Both the position numbers and the translations under genes were made by a program. Below the pieces are notes generated by a model that saw nothing but the letters and a program-made list of their open reading frames with translations, ran no database searches and was not told where the DNA came from. This document shows, piece after piece, positions 1-11,978 of a stretch of 63,823 nt of DNA. Source of the stretch: Bilabrum cf. latius (Eukaryota); NCBI GenBank assembly GCA_965178125.1, contig OZ237777.1, forward strand, positions 124,001 to 187,823. Direction: 5' to 3'. Numbering within the stretch: position 1 is the first letter of the stretch; the number at the start of each line of letters is the position of its first letter.

Positions 1-30
1 GGACGGCTCGCTTGCAGAGCCAGCGATCAG

Positions 31-619
31 TGTGGTTCTGTGCACAAGCTGCACTCCCTACGCTGCTAGCGTGGTTCTGTGCACAAGCTGCACTCCCTAC
101 GCTGCTAGCGTGGTTCTGTGCACAAGCTGCACTCCCTCCGCTGCTAGCGTGGTTCTGTGCACAAGCTGCACTCCCTACGCTGCTAGCGTGGTTCTGTGCA
201 CCAGCTGCACTCCCTCCGCTGCTTACGTGGTTCTGTGCACAAGCTGCACTCCCTCCGCTGCTAGCGTGGTTCTGTGCACAAGCTGCACTCCCTACGCTGC
301 TAGCGTGGTTCTGTGCACAAGCTGCACTCCCTACGCTGCTAGCGTGGTTCTGTGCACCAGATGCACTCCCTCCGCTGCTTACGTGGTTCTGTGCACAAGC
401 TGCACTCCCTACGCTGGTAGCGTGGTTCTGTGCACGAGCTGCACTCCCTACGCTGCTAGCGTGGTTCTGTGCACCAGCTGCACTCCCTCCGCTGCTTACG
501 TGGTTCTGTGCACCAGCTGCACTCCCTCCGCTGCTTACGTGGTTCTGTGCACGAGCTGCACTCCCTACGCTGGTAGCGTGGTTCTGTGCACAAGCTGCAC
601 TCCCTCCGCTGCTTACGTA
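31..619. repeat. 39-bp minisatellite, about 15 copies (GTGGTTCTGTGCACAAGCTGCACTCCCTACGCTGCTAGC)
   Basis: Directly visible tandem array with recurring variants (CAA/CCA/CGA, CTA/CTC, CTAG/CTTA/GTAG). It explains the 13-aa periodic ORFs at 12..620 and 32..646. Confidence 0.97.
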
Positions 620-2364
620 GTGACAGTTGGGACCTCCAGCGGCTGAGGCATTACATCTTCACCTCTCAACGGTACAGCGGCGTTCGATCTAAGCGATTCG
701 ATCGAATTGAAGGCTTGGTTGGGAGCAGGGCAAACGTGCTCTCTTCGAAACGTGCACCACAGCATCTCGCATTCGGCGATGGCACGAGTCTGCAGCACAA
801 TCCAACAATGCATGTTCAGACACACCTGCACTCACAGTGCGAGACGAGTGCAGCGATTGTTGCTGGTCTCGCAGCTGACACTGCTCTACCTTGGATCTGC
901 AGTGCTGAACCTCTAGTATTGACGCGAAGGCCTCTTGCACAGCAAAGGAGACGTGTTACGTTACGTGGAGGCATAGAGCGCGCTGGCCGCCCAATCAACT
1001 CCGACACCAAGCCGGCATGCGCGATGCGAGAATAGGAGAGTTTCTGCTAGGAAGTCAGGCCGTGGTGCCATTACCCGTACCAGAGGCGACCGCACCGCAG
1101 CTTATACGCACCGTAGTGCGCAGAAGCCTGGAGCCCGCTTCGTGCTATGGTCTCACTGCCTAAGCTTCAAATGCTCCTTTCAGCTGTGCCGCACTCGACA
1201 GCGGCTGCAGTCCATGCGTTTTCTGCTGATGGCAGCATAAAGTGCCGGGGGTGGTCCTGCGGCATGGCCGGCAGCGCCAGCGGTGAACAAGGAGACACTG
1301 CCAACGGGGAGCTTGGCAGCGAGGGCTTGGTTGCAGAAGTCAGCCGCGCCATCCCCCAGAGGCTGATATCGCGCATGCTCACGCCCGGAGATATCAGCTG
1401 CTGCACACTGTGGGGGGCCAGGTCGCACATGCCCATGCCACAGCTCTTCGAGCGGTCACACAACAGGCTCTGCAGGCAAGCCAGCTCTGCAGCTCTCCCG
1501 GTTGGGACACGCCACGAATGCGGACGAGCTGTCATTTTCCCTGGATGCAACGTGCTTGCCATCTATCCGATGCTGTGCCTTGCGTAACTACTCCAGGCAG
1601 CTGGAGCAGGTACTGCGGGCACAGCTTGCATTTCAACTTCATCCAAACCCTACGCAGCACCAGCTCCACCAGCCTGCTGTAGTACCACGCCTAGCAGCGC
1701 AAGCCAGCTCTCCCACTGGTCTGCCAGCTCCTGCTGCGGCCGCTCCCTGTGCGCCGGTTGCCGTGAAGGTTAAATTTGCTCGTGATAGCAGCGTTCCGCA
1801 TGGCGACCAACCTCGCGATATCCCGAGCCCAGAACCTGACCTGGGCGTCCACTGACTTGCTTCCGTTCTTCTCAAGCCGCTTTCGGCTCAATATCCGATC
1901 CTGCCGGAGGGCGTGAACATATACTCCGAAAGATCACCGCCCTTCCTGTTGATCAACCGAGGTCACCTCAATCAGGATCTCCTTCTCCCCGGGTGCCCTG
2001 CGGATCACCAAATCCATCTTGTAATCCTTTCCCTCCAAGTACTGTCCCGTGTCTTCGGATGACGCTTTATACCCTGTCGCGTGCTGGCCGATCCGATCCT
2101 GCAAAGCTCCTTCTCTACAGTCTCGTGGATGCTCGTGAGTTGCCTCTTGTGGATGCGTCGCTTCAGTCTGTCCCCACAGCAGTTCATGTGTCTATAACCC
2201 AGTGTATGTACCCGGTGCTGCACTGGCACTCGGGGTCTGGGCCTACCAAATTCACCGTAGCCCCCGGGACACCATGTGGCCCGTCTTGTGCCGGTCTTGT
2301 CAAGCGTACGGCTCGTTGGCATCGACCTAGTCGAGCAACAGGACAGTATAGGCCCTGTGCCGGT

Positions 2365-2600
2365 ATCCTGTACTGCTTGTTCGGAGTTCAGTAACAAATG
2401 TGTAGACCCACCAGTTTATGGTGCTGAGAAAGAGAGCGACGGGGCACAGCACCAGCGTCAGACTCCCGCCGCGGGGTCGCCGGGACCACTGGGTCGCCTC
2501 CTGCGATCCCTGCCGCCTTTGATGACGCTTGGGCTGCTGTGTTGTGCAGCTGTTCCACCCACTTGCGACCGGCAACAGCCTTCTTGCATGCTGCAATCTG
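2365..2600 (-). mobile_element. Fragment of a second LINE family (family B), adjoining the truncated end of the HECT pseudogene
   Basis: Its reverse complement matches about 38590-38830, which runs directly into RT motifs (LYIDLNGTFD). Positions 2400-2515 also match 45770-45883. Confidence 0.7.
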
Positions 2601-2649
2601 CTTCACCCACGCGGAGGAGTCGTGCTGGCAGACGTACTCCACGGTCATA

Positions 2650-5600
2650 CATCTGGCACACCACGTTGCTGGCCGCGTCTCGCAGGCTATGCTCCTGTAC
2701 CTCTACCATGGACTGGTCATCGTCCGCACCGGACCCTCCAGCTGCCTCCACCCCGTCACCCGAGACCCCCTCCGGCTCCTGCGAGGGAAGGTACACCTCG
2801 AGGGTCTTGATCGCCCTCTCCAGCTTGGGGTCATGCACGGCTAGGTCCTCCCTCCTAATGTGCTGCAGCACCAAGAACCGGAACACTGACGGCGCGATCG
2901 AGACAGGCACCATCACCTGGTGCCTGATGCAGGCGCCCACCAGCCGACCCAGGACGAAGTACTCCCCGTCGTACCAGCGAGTTAGTAGCTCCCCGCCGCT
3001 CGTCGTGAACACGCCGTCGCTCTAGCCAGGTGCTTGCGCCCCATCTGAGAGACGACCCAAGGCAGAGGCGTCGGCGGCAGCAGCAGCGGCAGAGCCCGAC
3101 CCTTTGCTGGCCGACATCTTGGCAGCCCGCTCTCCTTGGCCTCGAGATCGTTGTCTACTCCCGGGCCTTGCTGCCCCTTATCCGTGTCGGGGAACGAGTT
3201 GAATACAAAGTACTCTGCGTTGTGCTGGCCACGCTTTTGCTCTATGTCCTTCCGGCTAGGGACCAGCAGCCGAAGCGCGCTGCCTCTGGGCCTGCCGCCT
3301 ACTCAAGCACTGCGCGGTAGGGCCCGCTCGCTCTGGGCCACGGCCTTCTTGTGTGCGAACTTGACGAAGAAATTTCGCTGCTGCCCGCCGTCTTCCAAAT
3401 ACGAGAAGTTCCGCCTCCAGCCGGCTGACCACTGGTACGACTGCCCGATCACCTAGCCAAAGACGAACCGCTTCAGCCTTTCCTGGTACGACGTGAGCAT
3501 CACTAGCCAGTCCACGGGGTACGTGACCGTGTCGACGGTGATGTTGGGCACCTCGGTGGCCTTGGTCATGTTCTCCCGCTTGGGTTGCGTGTACAGGGCT
3601 GTGTCTCGGATCACCGTGTTCCACAGCTCCAGCTTGGTTCGCTTGTAGCAGAGCCCGCGCAGTGCCGCGACCCGCCTGCCAAGCGAGGAGGAGAAGCGGA
3701 CCCGACGAGAATCGCCGGTTGGCACAAACCCACCGGCCTGGGTTGCGCTCAAGTCGACGAGCGGCAGTAGCTTCTCCAGCCTCCGATTCAAAGCATGGAG
3801 CACGCAGAAGCGAGCTCACACCCGGCCCATCTGCTCGGGGTCTTGCAACATCTCGGAGAACTGGGAGTTTTTGAAGTCGGCGGGAGCCAGCTGCAGGTTG
3901 GCTGGGTCGCAGCCGCGCTGATCGCATTGCGCGTTCACCACCTTGACCAGCTCTTCGTCTCGTTCGACGGACCAGCAGTCGTTGTTCACCCACTGCATCA
4001 AGGCCTACTCATCCGCAGCCACATCACCCTTACCCATGGCTGCCAGCTACTCCTTGGACGTCCCCCTAGCAGCGTCCGCCTTGCTGTCACCGATCTTCGC
4101 TCGCAGCCCCTCCACCATGAGGTCGGCCTCGTGCTCGTCCTTCACGAACTGCTCCCGCTCCTGCACCTCCTCGATCTCGTCTCGTTCCAAGTACCACGCC
4201 TGCTCCCCAACGCCATCGCGCCGCACCCACAGCTTGCCCCTGTTCACGCCCACCACCGTCGCAAGCGTGCCCTTGACTTTAATGCGATTGCCGCCGCGGA
4301 GCTCTCGCAGCCTTCCTCCCGTTGACAGGCTGGTGCCTTGCGTCGCCCTCACTACCGCGGTGCAGCTGTCCTCGCTCTGGTTGAACGGCAGGCGCACCTG
4401 CCACAATGATCGGTGCATGGCTTCCGTCAGGACGGATCGCGGCAGTCTCACGGGCTGCCCAGGCGGCCTCTGCCATCTCTACATCAGGGTGACAGCCTCC
4501 AGCACCTTCCTGACATTGTCCTACGTCGACTCTCCTGCGGCCGATACCCACCGGATCGTGACGGGATCTGCGCCCCTGCGCATCCCAATGGCAGGGCACA
4601 GCACGCGGCAGGAAGGCCCTCCGATCGCGCCCGACCGGATCTTGGTGTAGCCCAGCCCGATGTCCTGGAACTTGTACGTGCCAAACTCGAACCCCTCACG
4701 CAGGAAGCTGACCTTGCCCTCGTCCATGTTGAGCAGAACGCCGATGCGGTCGCCTGGCACCATGTTGGACCCGAACAGCCTCTCTGCTCCGTGTTGGACC
4801 GCAGCATCATGTCAGACGAGAAACCGTAGTCCCGGAACTCACCGTTGGACCCGCCCCGCTCGCCACTCTGCCGCTCAATGGGGCGCGTCCGTTCAGCGAC
4901 ACCAGTGTGGATCCAGGGCTGCTCAGGAGCGAACATGAGCGTCTGCAGATGCTTAGGATCGCTTATGTCGGGCCCCGTGTCTGCGAACACCTCCCAGTAG
5001 TGCCGACCGCGGGTGAAGCCTCGGGATCCTAGAACAACCCCTTGCGAGGACTTGGAGGAGATGGTTGTAAGATCCGCGGAAGGCTTTAGGCCATTCCCGC
5101 ACTGGCTGGGCATCAGCACGAAGAATTGCTCTCTCATTACCTGCATCGTGCCCCCCACGGTAGTCCGCCTCAGTCTGTCCACGTGTATGTGTGCCGCCTT
5201 GGCTACCTGTGGAACATCGCCACCGACAGCAGCCGCTTCCTTCCCTTGCTCCTCGCTCATGACAATGCCTGCCTCCTGCGCCTAAGACAGCACCTTGGCC
5301 TCCATCTCTCCTGCATCGTGCTCGAACATGCCACGAGTGTTCAGCAGCCACTCGCGTACTTCAGACCACTTGAACATTGGGTCCTTCTTCTTCTTGACCT
5401 TGTACAGATTCGGGTCCACTGGGCCAGGCAGCCGCGACGCGGTGGTCTTCTTTGACGCGTGCTGCTCACTTGACAACTTGTGCAACGCCTTGATCTCACC
5501 CGGGCCAAACTTGATGCAGCTTGCTTCATAGTCCTCTTTCTTGGCACGGGGGGCTCAGCTAGGGTCATCACGGCAAGAAAAGTCCACCCGGCAGTACGAG

Positions 5601-6960
5601 CCTGACTGCTTGCGGTACGTGCCGGTCATCCGGCCGTTCTTCCAGTAGCCGAAATACCTCTCGCCGTCAGACACTAGCAGCTCGCCGTGCCCATGCCTGC
5701 AGCCCTGCACAAATAGGCCAGAAAATTGCTTCGGGCTGTCACGACCAACGTTCGAGTCATACTTGATAGTGTGCTTGCCGCTCTTGAGCCGAGGCGATGC
5801 GAACACTCCAACCTCCCTGCTGCCGACCTGCACAACGTAGCCCTTGCCCCCAGACGGCCTGTTGAGGTCCTTCAAGAGCGGGCACGCTGCCTTGTCGTTT
5901 ACAAAGAATTGAACTGAATTGGTCTACGTATCAAACTCCACAGTGACCGTGTCTCCTGCCTTGAAGGGCTGCAGCCCAGAGTTGCGACTGCCCTCCTTCC
6001 GGGTCGCGCCATGGGCAAAGTAGCCAGCCTATCCCTCGGAGTCCCCGGGAGCAGACGAGGAAGACGCGTCACCTGAAACTATTCCAACGCATGCATGCAC
6101 GCGGGCACCGCCACGATTGCCACTGGCGAAAGTGACATCGACTAGCACGCGGCCCTAGGTAAAGTCCACTTTCGCGGGCGCCTTTCCGTCCTGCAGCTTC
6201 GAGATGTCTGGTTCAGCGGAGCAAGTCAGTGTTTCCATGCGCCACCCATCGGCAGAGTTGCCTTTGTGTCCTTTTTTTTTTTTTTTTTTTGCAGCGATGC
6301 AGTCAGACCGTCCACTGAGATGGCTGCACAAAGGCAACTCTGGCTGTTCGGGTCTACAACCTCGGCATCGCCTTCGCCACTGACCTTGATTCGCTCTACC
6401 AGATGAGCCTCCCAGTGTCCTCGCAACACGTTACTGCGGCCCCGCCAGTCGGTGATGTTGTGTACAGCGCGACACGTCGGACTCCATCCAGTAGCTTGCA
6501 ATCGCAGCAGCTGCTGCTGGGTCGCTCCTAGGATCGCCTTGAATTCCTTCGAACTGATCGGCACAAGCTTGTGGAAGCGAGTCTGGGAGATCCTTCTTCA
6601 GATACGCCCTACCCACAAGCTCTGTCCTGGCCAGCGACTTCGGCAAGTCCAAGTACCCTACCAGAGGCACCGTCCCCGGGTGGTGCTTAGCCTGCTGTTC
6701 CCGTACAGAATGCTGTTCGGCAGCAGGCTTGCCCTACTTCCGGGCGACCAGAGCGCCCCCAAGCAAATCGAGGGCCTCGATGACCTTCTCGGGCTCGCAC
6801 GGCCTGAAATGCACACTTACAGCCTGTGACAAGGGCTTCTTCCAAGTGTCACCAACCTCGCCCGATTGCGCCTTGGCCCTCAGGTAGCCCGAGAACTCGC
6901 GCCAGTCGGCCCCAGGCTGCAAGGTGGACTTATGAGTTACGCAAGAAAGTATAGGCACAC
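2650..6960 (-). pseudogene. HERC-like E3 ubiquitin ligase pseudogene (SPRY - MORN repeats - SPRY - N-terminal part of HECT)
   Basis: With TAG=Gln the ORF pieces join: SPRY1 (FKAGDTVTVEFDTQTNSVQFFVND), MORN-like (FSGLFVQGCRHGHG..YFGYWKNG), SPRY2 (RGRHYWEV..GDRIGVLLNMDEGKVSF), pre-HECT ARFCVLHALN..LLPLVDL, and HECT motifs FVFGQ, FFVKF, SGPYR, LLVPS and YFVLGRLVGACIRH..VPVSIAPSVFRFL. Real lesions: in-frame TGA at 5555 and 3816, frameshifts near 6560, 6340, 4780, 3330 and 3270, and no HECT C-lobe. The 5' boundary is approximate. Confidence 0.85.
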
Positions 6961-7636
6961 TAGGAAGAGCATCGAAGGCAGTCTACAGCTCTCGAGTTGT
7001 CCCAGCACCCGAGGCGGCTGCAACCACAGGCGTCGTGCTGGCAGACGTTCTCCCCAAGTGTTGCCACACTCCGTTGGCTGGCGCACCATTATCGAGCTTG
7101 TACTTCGTTGGTCAAGGACTACGCCCCCATTGAACTCCATTCTGGACACGAGGGTGTAGGAACCGTGGCGGCGAATGCGTCTACGGGTCCATGTTCAACT
7201 TGCGAGGTGCTCGCGAACGTGTGCTCCATGGCGTCTCGCACGCATCAGCCGCCGAGTCTGCATACCAGGTGTCTTCAAGCAGACACATGAATGCGCCCAG
7301 GCATGCCCGTTCTAGGCAAGGCATATGATGGATACGCCCAATCAAAACCGCCAGTGGGGTTCTGCAGCAACGCCCTGCGTGCTGCACGGGCTCGCGCGTC
7401 ATACCTTGCGGACGCCGTGTTAAGTTCTGTAGATGGCCTAGGTGTCCAGCTCGACACTGCCATGCCTGGACAAGCAAGTCAACTCCCGCGCTACAGCCAT
7501 CAAATACAAGCAATGTGATCTCTTCACGCCTAGAAATCTCCGGAATCGCTGAGATTGACTATCAGCGCAGCTGCTATCATTTGCGATGCCAAACAAGGTG
7601 ACCCAAAGCACGCGTGCACGGGCGCTATCGAGACCA

Positions 7637-7701
7637 AGCAAGCTCGACACTGTCCACAAGGCCTATACGACGCGAAGCAGCCCGCCCAGGCTCGCCAGGC
7701 T
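7637..7701 (+). repeat. Isolated diverged partial monomer of the 45.9-50.2 kb satellite
   Basis: AGCAAGCTCGACACTGTCCAC...ACGACGCGAAGCAGCCCGCCCAGGCTCGCCAGGCT aligns with the end of the 114-bp unit and the start of the next unit. Confidence 0.8.
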
Positions 7702-9896
7702 TACTTAAGAGATGAAAGCTACTGGCTAAGGCTGCTTCTGTATTTATTTGCTAATCCTGTCGAGCCTAGAGGCTGATCTCTTTCCCCAGTGTAGACTCGA
7801 ACCGGAATGACACCTCGCCGGTGCATCACAGGATCACGGCAGTATCAGCTGAACGTTTGCGAACGAACAGCTGACCCTGCCCGCCTCGTCCGCCTCGTCC
7901 GCCTCGTCCTTTTCAATCTGCGTTGCAACCGAGGCACCTTGACCACATCTGAGGTACCATATGGCCATCTCATTGAACAGCTTGGCTCTCTTCGTCTCCA
8001 GGCCCCCACACCAGCGCCTCCCTATTCGTTCAGCGCCCTGCAGTTGCAACTCTAGATCAGAGGGGGGTCCCCGCGATGCTCGGATGTCCCGCACGCCGCG
8101 CCCCTTGTGACCTTGAGCGCTGCATGCATGCAACGCACGGATTCATCCCATGAGAAGCGGGCTACATTCGCTCGGTGATCTGACCTGCTAACGTACATTG
8201 GTATAAACAAGTTAGCCCAAGGGGATTGCTTGCAGTTCACGAATTGCGAGGCCTCGCGCATTACGATCTCAGCAGCATCTGACTCGGCGATTTGGATGGC
8301 CTCCTGGCATGGGGCAATTCAACGCCTGCGCGCTGGCTAATACAACAAATGGAACGAAACAATGCTCACAGTGACTGGCGTAGTTCACTCTTTGCGCAAA
8401 TCTCGGATGCGCTCGAGCATAGAATGGCTCACACGGGCGTGTACTGCGTGGCTGCGTCTTGATTGCCCATCTTGGCAGCTTGTAAGTCCTGTCTGCGCGG
8501 CATCATCAAAAAGTTGACGTGCTTACTAGTCTCAAAACAATCATCAATATGTTTGGGCCGTTTGAGGTACGACATTCTGATGACAGATCTCTCTCACGGC
8601 GATGCTCCATTTGCCTGCGCTGCAAAACCATGAACGGCATCTGGACGAGCAGATATTAGCTGGTCTGTATACAACAATTGAACTGGGGCCTCGAACTATG
8701 CAGTATTCACAGCATCAAGCGTGCGACAGAGGCCAGTTGCACTTACGACTTGCAGCAGGTCGGCAGAGCCGCTCGATTGTTGCATTCCAGCTCGATAAGA
8801 TCATTTGCGGTAAGATCACGTAATGCTAAGATAACAATCAACCACCAGTGCATGCTAGCGGCGCATCGAATTAGCAAACACTACTACTAAAGCTCCCGAT
8901 TCCGCCCAGCGGATAGCGCTTGTTATAAATATGACTTTTACTGGTAGTAAAACGACTCCTTACTAACAGTGGGAGTCCTAGAATGCGCATAATCACTGTT
9001 ATCTATGTTCGTGTAGCTGGTTGCCTATAATTATCAATCTATATACCTGGAAATAAGCGATACCCTGGACCTAAAGAAATGCTAATGGCAGTCGTGATGC
9101 ACAGAAGCTCAGTTGCCAAGCTGACCTACTACTAGAAGCGTATTGACGGGCGAATTGGAGGCATTTCTCCAGGTCCATCATGCAATACACGCTATATCTG
9201 GGCCTGTGGAGATATTACCGGTCGTCTATCGTGTGTTGGGTGGTGCTTCGTGTGAGGGCGGGTCGCGACAGTCGAAATCGCTCCGACTCAGGTACTCACT
9301 GGCAGTGGGCAGCTGCAGCACCTCCAATCGCCGCTGCACCCCTTACGCCCATGCCAGGCTCCGGCTAGCCATTATCGTCGTTACCTTCGTGCATCGCCGC
9401 TGCACCCGACCCCGTCGCCCCAACAGCCCCGAAGCCGACCACTGCGATCGTTGCGGCGCTCGCGACACAGCACTGCTGTGACAGCCGCCTTTGCAGCGCA
9501 CGATCACCACCTTCTTCACTCCGCGGCTTGGGACGCAGTCCGCATCGAGTCTGGACCGGCTCGGTTAGCACCATGTCCACCACCGCGCACCGGCTGCCTC
9601 TCGCTCTCGCACCTGCCTGCTCGCGCAAGCCGCAGCCACACCATCAAGCATCACACTTATATTACAAAGAGTCCCTTCGCCCGTACGTCGCCCCCTCCAA
9701 ACCCCCTGGCGAGCGCTGCCCCTCAGCGCCCGAACAGCACGCGGCTTGATTGCCGCTCAACTTGGAAGTCTAGAATTTGCGCCTGTTCGGTGAACCGTCA
9801 TCCCTCTCTATTGTGCCCTATCCCCCTCTTCGCCCGCCCCTAGCGGTCGCTCCTGTTATGCACCACTAGTTTGGTCTCCGCAACCGCGCTCTCGTT

Positions 9897-9990
9897 CTCC
9901 TCCGCATCGCTACGTCGCATCCGATCCTGCACCTCGAGCGGGTCCTGCCCCCACCGCGCGACTTCAATATTTGAGACCTTGCTGGCCTCA
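9897..9990 (+). repeat. Dispersed ~93-bp repeat, second copy at about 44197-44289
   Basis: CCGCATCGCTACGTCGCATCCGATCCTGC...GAGACCTTGCTGGCCTCA is shared with only a few mismatches. Confidence 0.9.
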
Positions 9991-10531
9991 TTCAACGAAT
10001 ACAGATCCGAGCCTCCGGGGCTGAGCCTCGCCTATACTTGATGCGAATCACTAGTCTCGTCGGGGCTCGCCCGGAAGCGAGACGCAGCGAGACAAACTAG
10101 GAATTTTGTCAGGAGCGTGCAATACAGTGTGACGCTCAAGACTTGTTCGTTCCGAGTCGGTGCCACGAATCTGTGGCACTTGCACTGTTTGATCGACGCC
10201 TTCTAAGTGCTCTCTTCGAGAAACTAAGACTCCAAGCAACACTGGCAGACACTTGAATTTGTCTCTCTAATTTGGCCGCTATGCAAGATTCAATTGCAGA
10301 TAGATTGAAATCACGGTAGCGGCCGCAGCAACGCGGCTCATTTACAGACAGCCAACCATGCCTGTCTGATTTTCTATCGCATAAGGTAATTGGTGAGCCT
10401 TAAAATCATGCCTAGCCTATTGGGTTGGTGAGGTTGAACAGAGACGGTTTATGCGTTTGTATTCAGTCGAGTGGAATGCGTAGCCCATTCTTGCAAAGAA
10501 GCACGATATCTCGCGTTTCGCTGTGCTTTGA

Positions 10532-11491
10532 TACTCTGACGCAGACAAAAAGCTAATATGCAATAAATTAGTGGTATTTCGAGCAAGTACTCCCTTCAGC
10601 GATGTTCGATACTCTACGCCGGAGTCTGCCAGACTGTTACAGGCCATTCCAAGCAGTCTTGCGAAGACACACGCCGGTGTGGCAGAACTTGATGTACACC
10701 TGGGTGGACTCGAGGCCTTCCAGATTCAGAGGGCAGTCGATGGGGCAGGCAGCGATGGTTTGAAGGGCCAATTTGGCGTGAGGGCTACTCGATGTCTTCG
10801 TGTATTCCAGATCGTCGCGTTCTACACAGGTATTGTGTTGCCTGCTGGGGCGACCAATCCTGCACGTGATCGATATGATATGAAGCTTCGCATTGGGCGG
10901 AAGGACTTTACGATTCGAGCCGATCTGGATGACCACGTAGGCAGGATTTAGGCTCCAGGTTAGCCGACGAAGCAGCTATCCTGCTTGGCAGCGATGATCA
11001 ATGGCGCAGTGAAAGGCTGTAGTGTTTGTAAGCAGAATTGTAGGTATATAACCTGCAGCGCAAATGTGCGTCTCTCCAGCAAGCGAACCGTGAGGCTGCC
11101 TCTGATTGCATGCCAGGTGACACGCTAGATCGAGAGGGGGGAGCAGCTCTGGGTGGACTATGGCAAGGGGTTCAAGCTGCAGCTGGACCCGGGTGTCAGC
11201 GATGTCCTCTCGCGTTCCGATCCCGCGGTGAGAGGCAAGTTCGGAGGGATGGCCAAGAGCCAAAGAGCAAGGTCCAGGTCCAAGGGCCTGCGTTGTGGAA
11301 GCGCGTGTTCGGATCGCGAGTTTAGGCCGAAGCGACACACGCAGAGGCTGGTGCTTGCCTCCCTCCCACGGGGTAGCGCCCCTGACCCTGGCCACACGCA
11401 CCTGCGGTCGCTCAGGGTAGGGGCGAAGCGCAGCAAGAGCAAGCCAGTCCGGCTAGGGAAGCGCCGACGAGTAGAGGCGCATGATCCATAA
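10532..11491 (+). CDS. SET-domain-like protein with basic C-terminal tail (5' end unresolved; possibly a pseudogene)
   Basis: ORFs 10571..10951 and 11153..11491 fuse through TAG at 10949, 10961 and 11126. Motifs: GQFGVRATR..IVAFYTG, LAAMING..QNC, TRQIERGEQLWVDYG. It ends in TAA at 11489. An upstream in-frame TGA at 10529 implies an intron or a lesion. Confidence 0.75.
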
Positions 11492-11545
11492 TGTAATTAC
11501 CAAACTCGTGAATTGTGTTTCTGCATAGATACCGCCCGTTAAAGT

Positions 11546-11978
11546 GTTATGCTCCTTTAGGTGCCAGTCAATGTGTAGCGGCTACAGTAACACTGTGCGG
11601 CAGTCTGTGCCGTGCCACTGCAGTCTGTGTATGTGCACGCAACTGAACCGATACCAGACGCCGTCTGGCAGACGGCCGTCAGGCGTGGCCCAGGTCCTCA
11701 CTCCTATCAAGCGCGAGTATACCTGACAAGTGCTAGAATTGTTCAAAACGCCCACCCACCACCCTCGGCGGGGGTGCCTTTGCCCCCCGTCATCCTTCAC
11801 TGGTGTGCAGCTCGCAGCTCGTGTTTTACTAGCACCCCACGAACGGCCAAGGAGGCCGACGTGGCAGGTGCGAGCTGCGAGGGCCGCTAGCCGGCGGCCC
11901 CTCACCAGCTCAAATCAAACTACTGAGGGTAGGTGGAGGTGGTTTGTCCACCGCCACTGAGTGCAATATGCACGGAAT
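11546..11978 (+). repeat. Left arm of a long-range inverted repeat (blocks 11546-11610 and 11852-11978)
   Basis: The two blocks are reverse complements of 20676-20740 (65 bp, about 3 mismatches) and 19529-19655 (127 bp). Confidence 0.9.

Noticed and set aside
31-619. CRISPR array or telomeric repeat
   Set aside because: Head-to-tail 39-bp units without spacers, and not a short G-rich telomere motif.
3816-5557. TGA reassignment suggested by in-frame TGA at 3816 and 5555
   Set aside because: These lie in a frameshifted pseudogene, and the 3816 site fits CGA (RARF). TGA terminates the USP, LINE and coiled-coil ORFs and is absent inside them.
7200-9100. Protein-coding gene upstream of the HECT pseudogene
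   Set aside because: The minus-strand frames I traced are broken by TAA/TGA even with TAG=Gln, and no motif was recognised.
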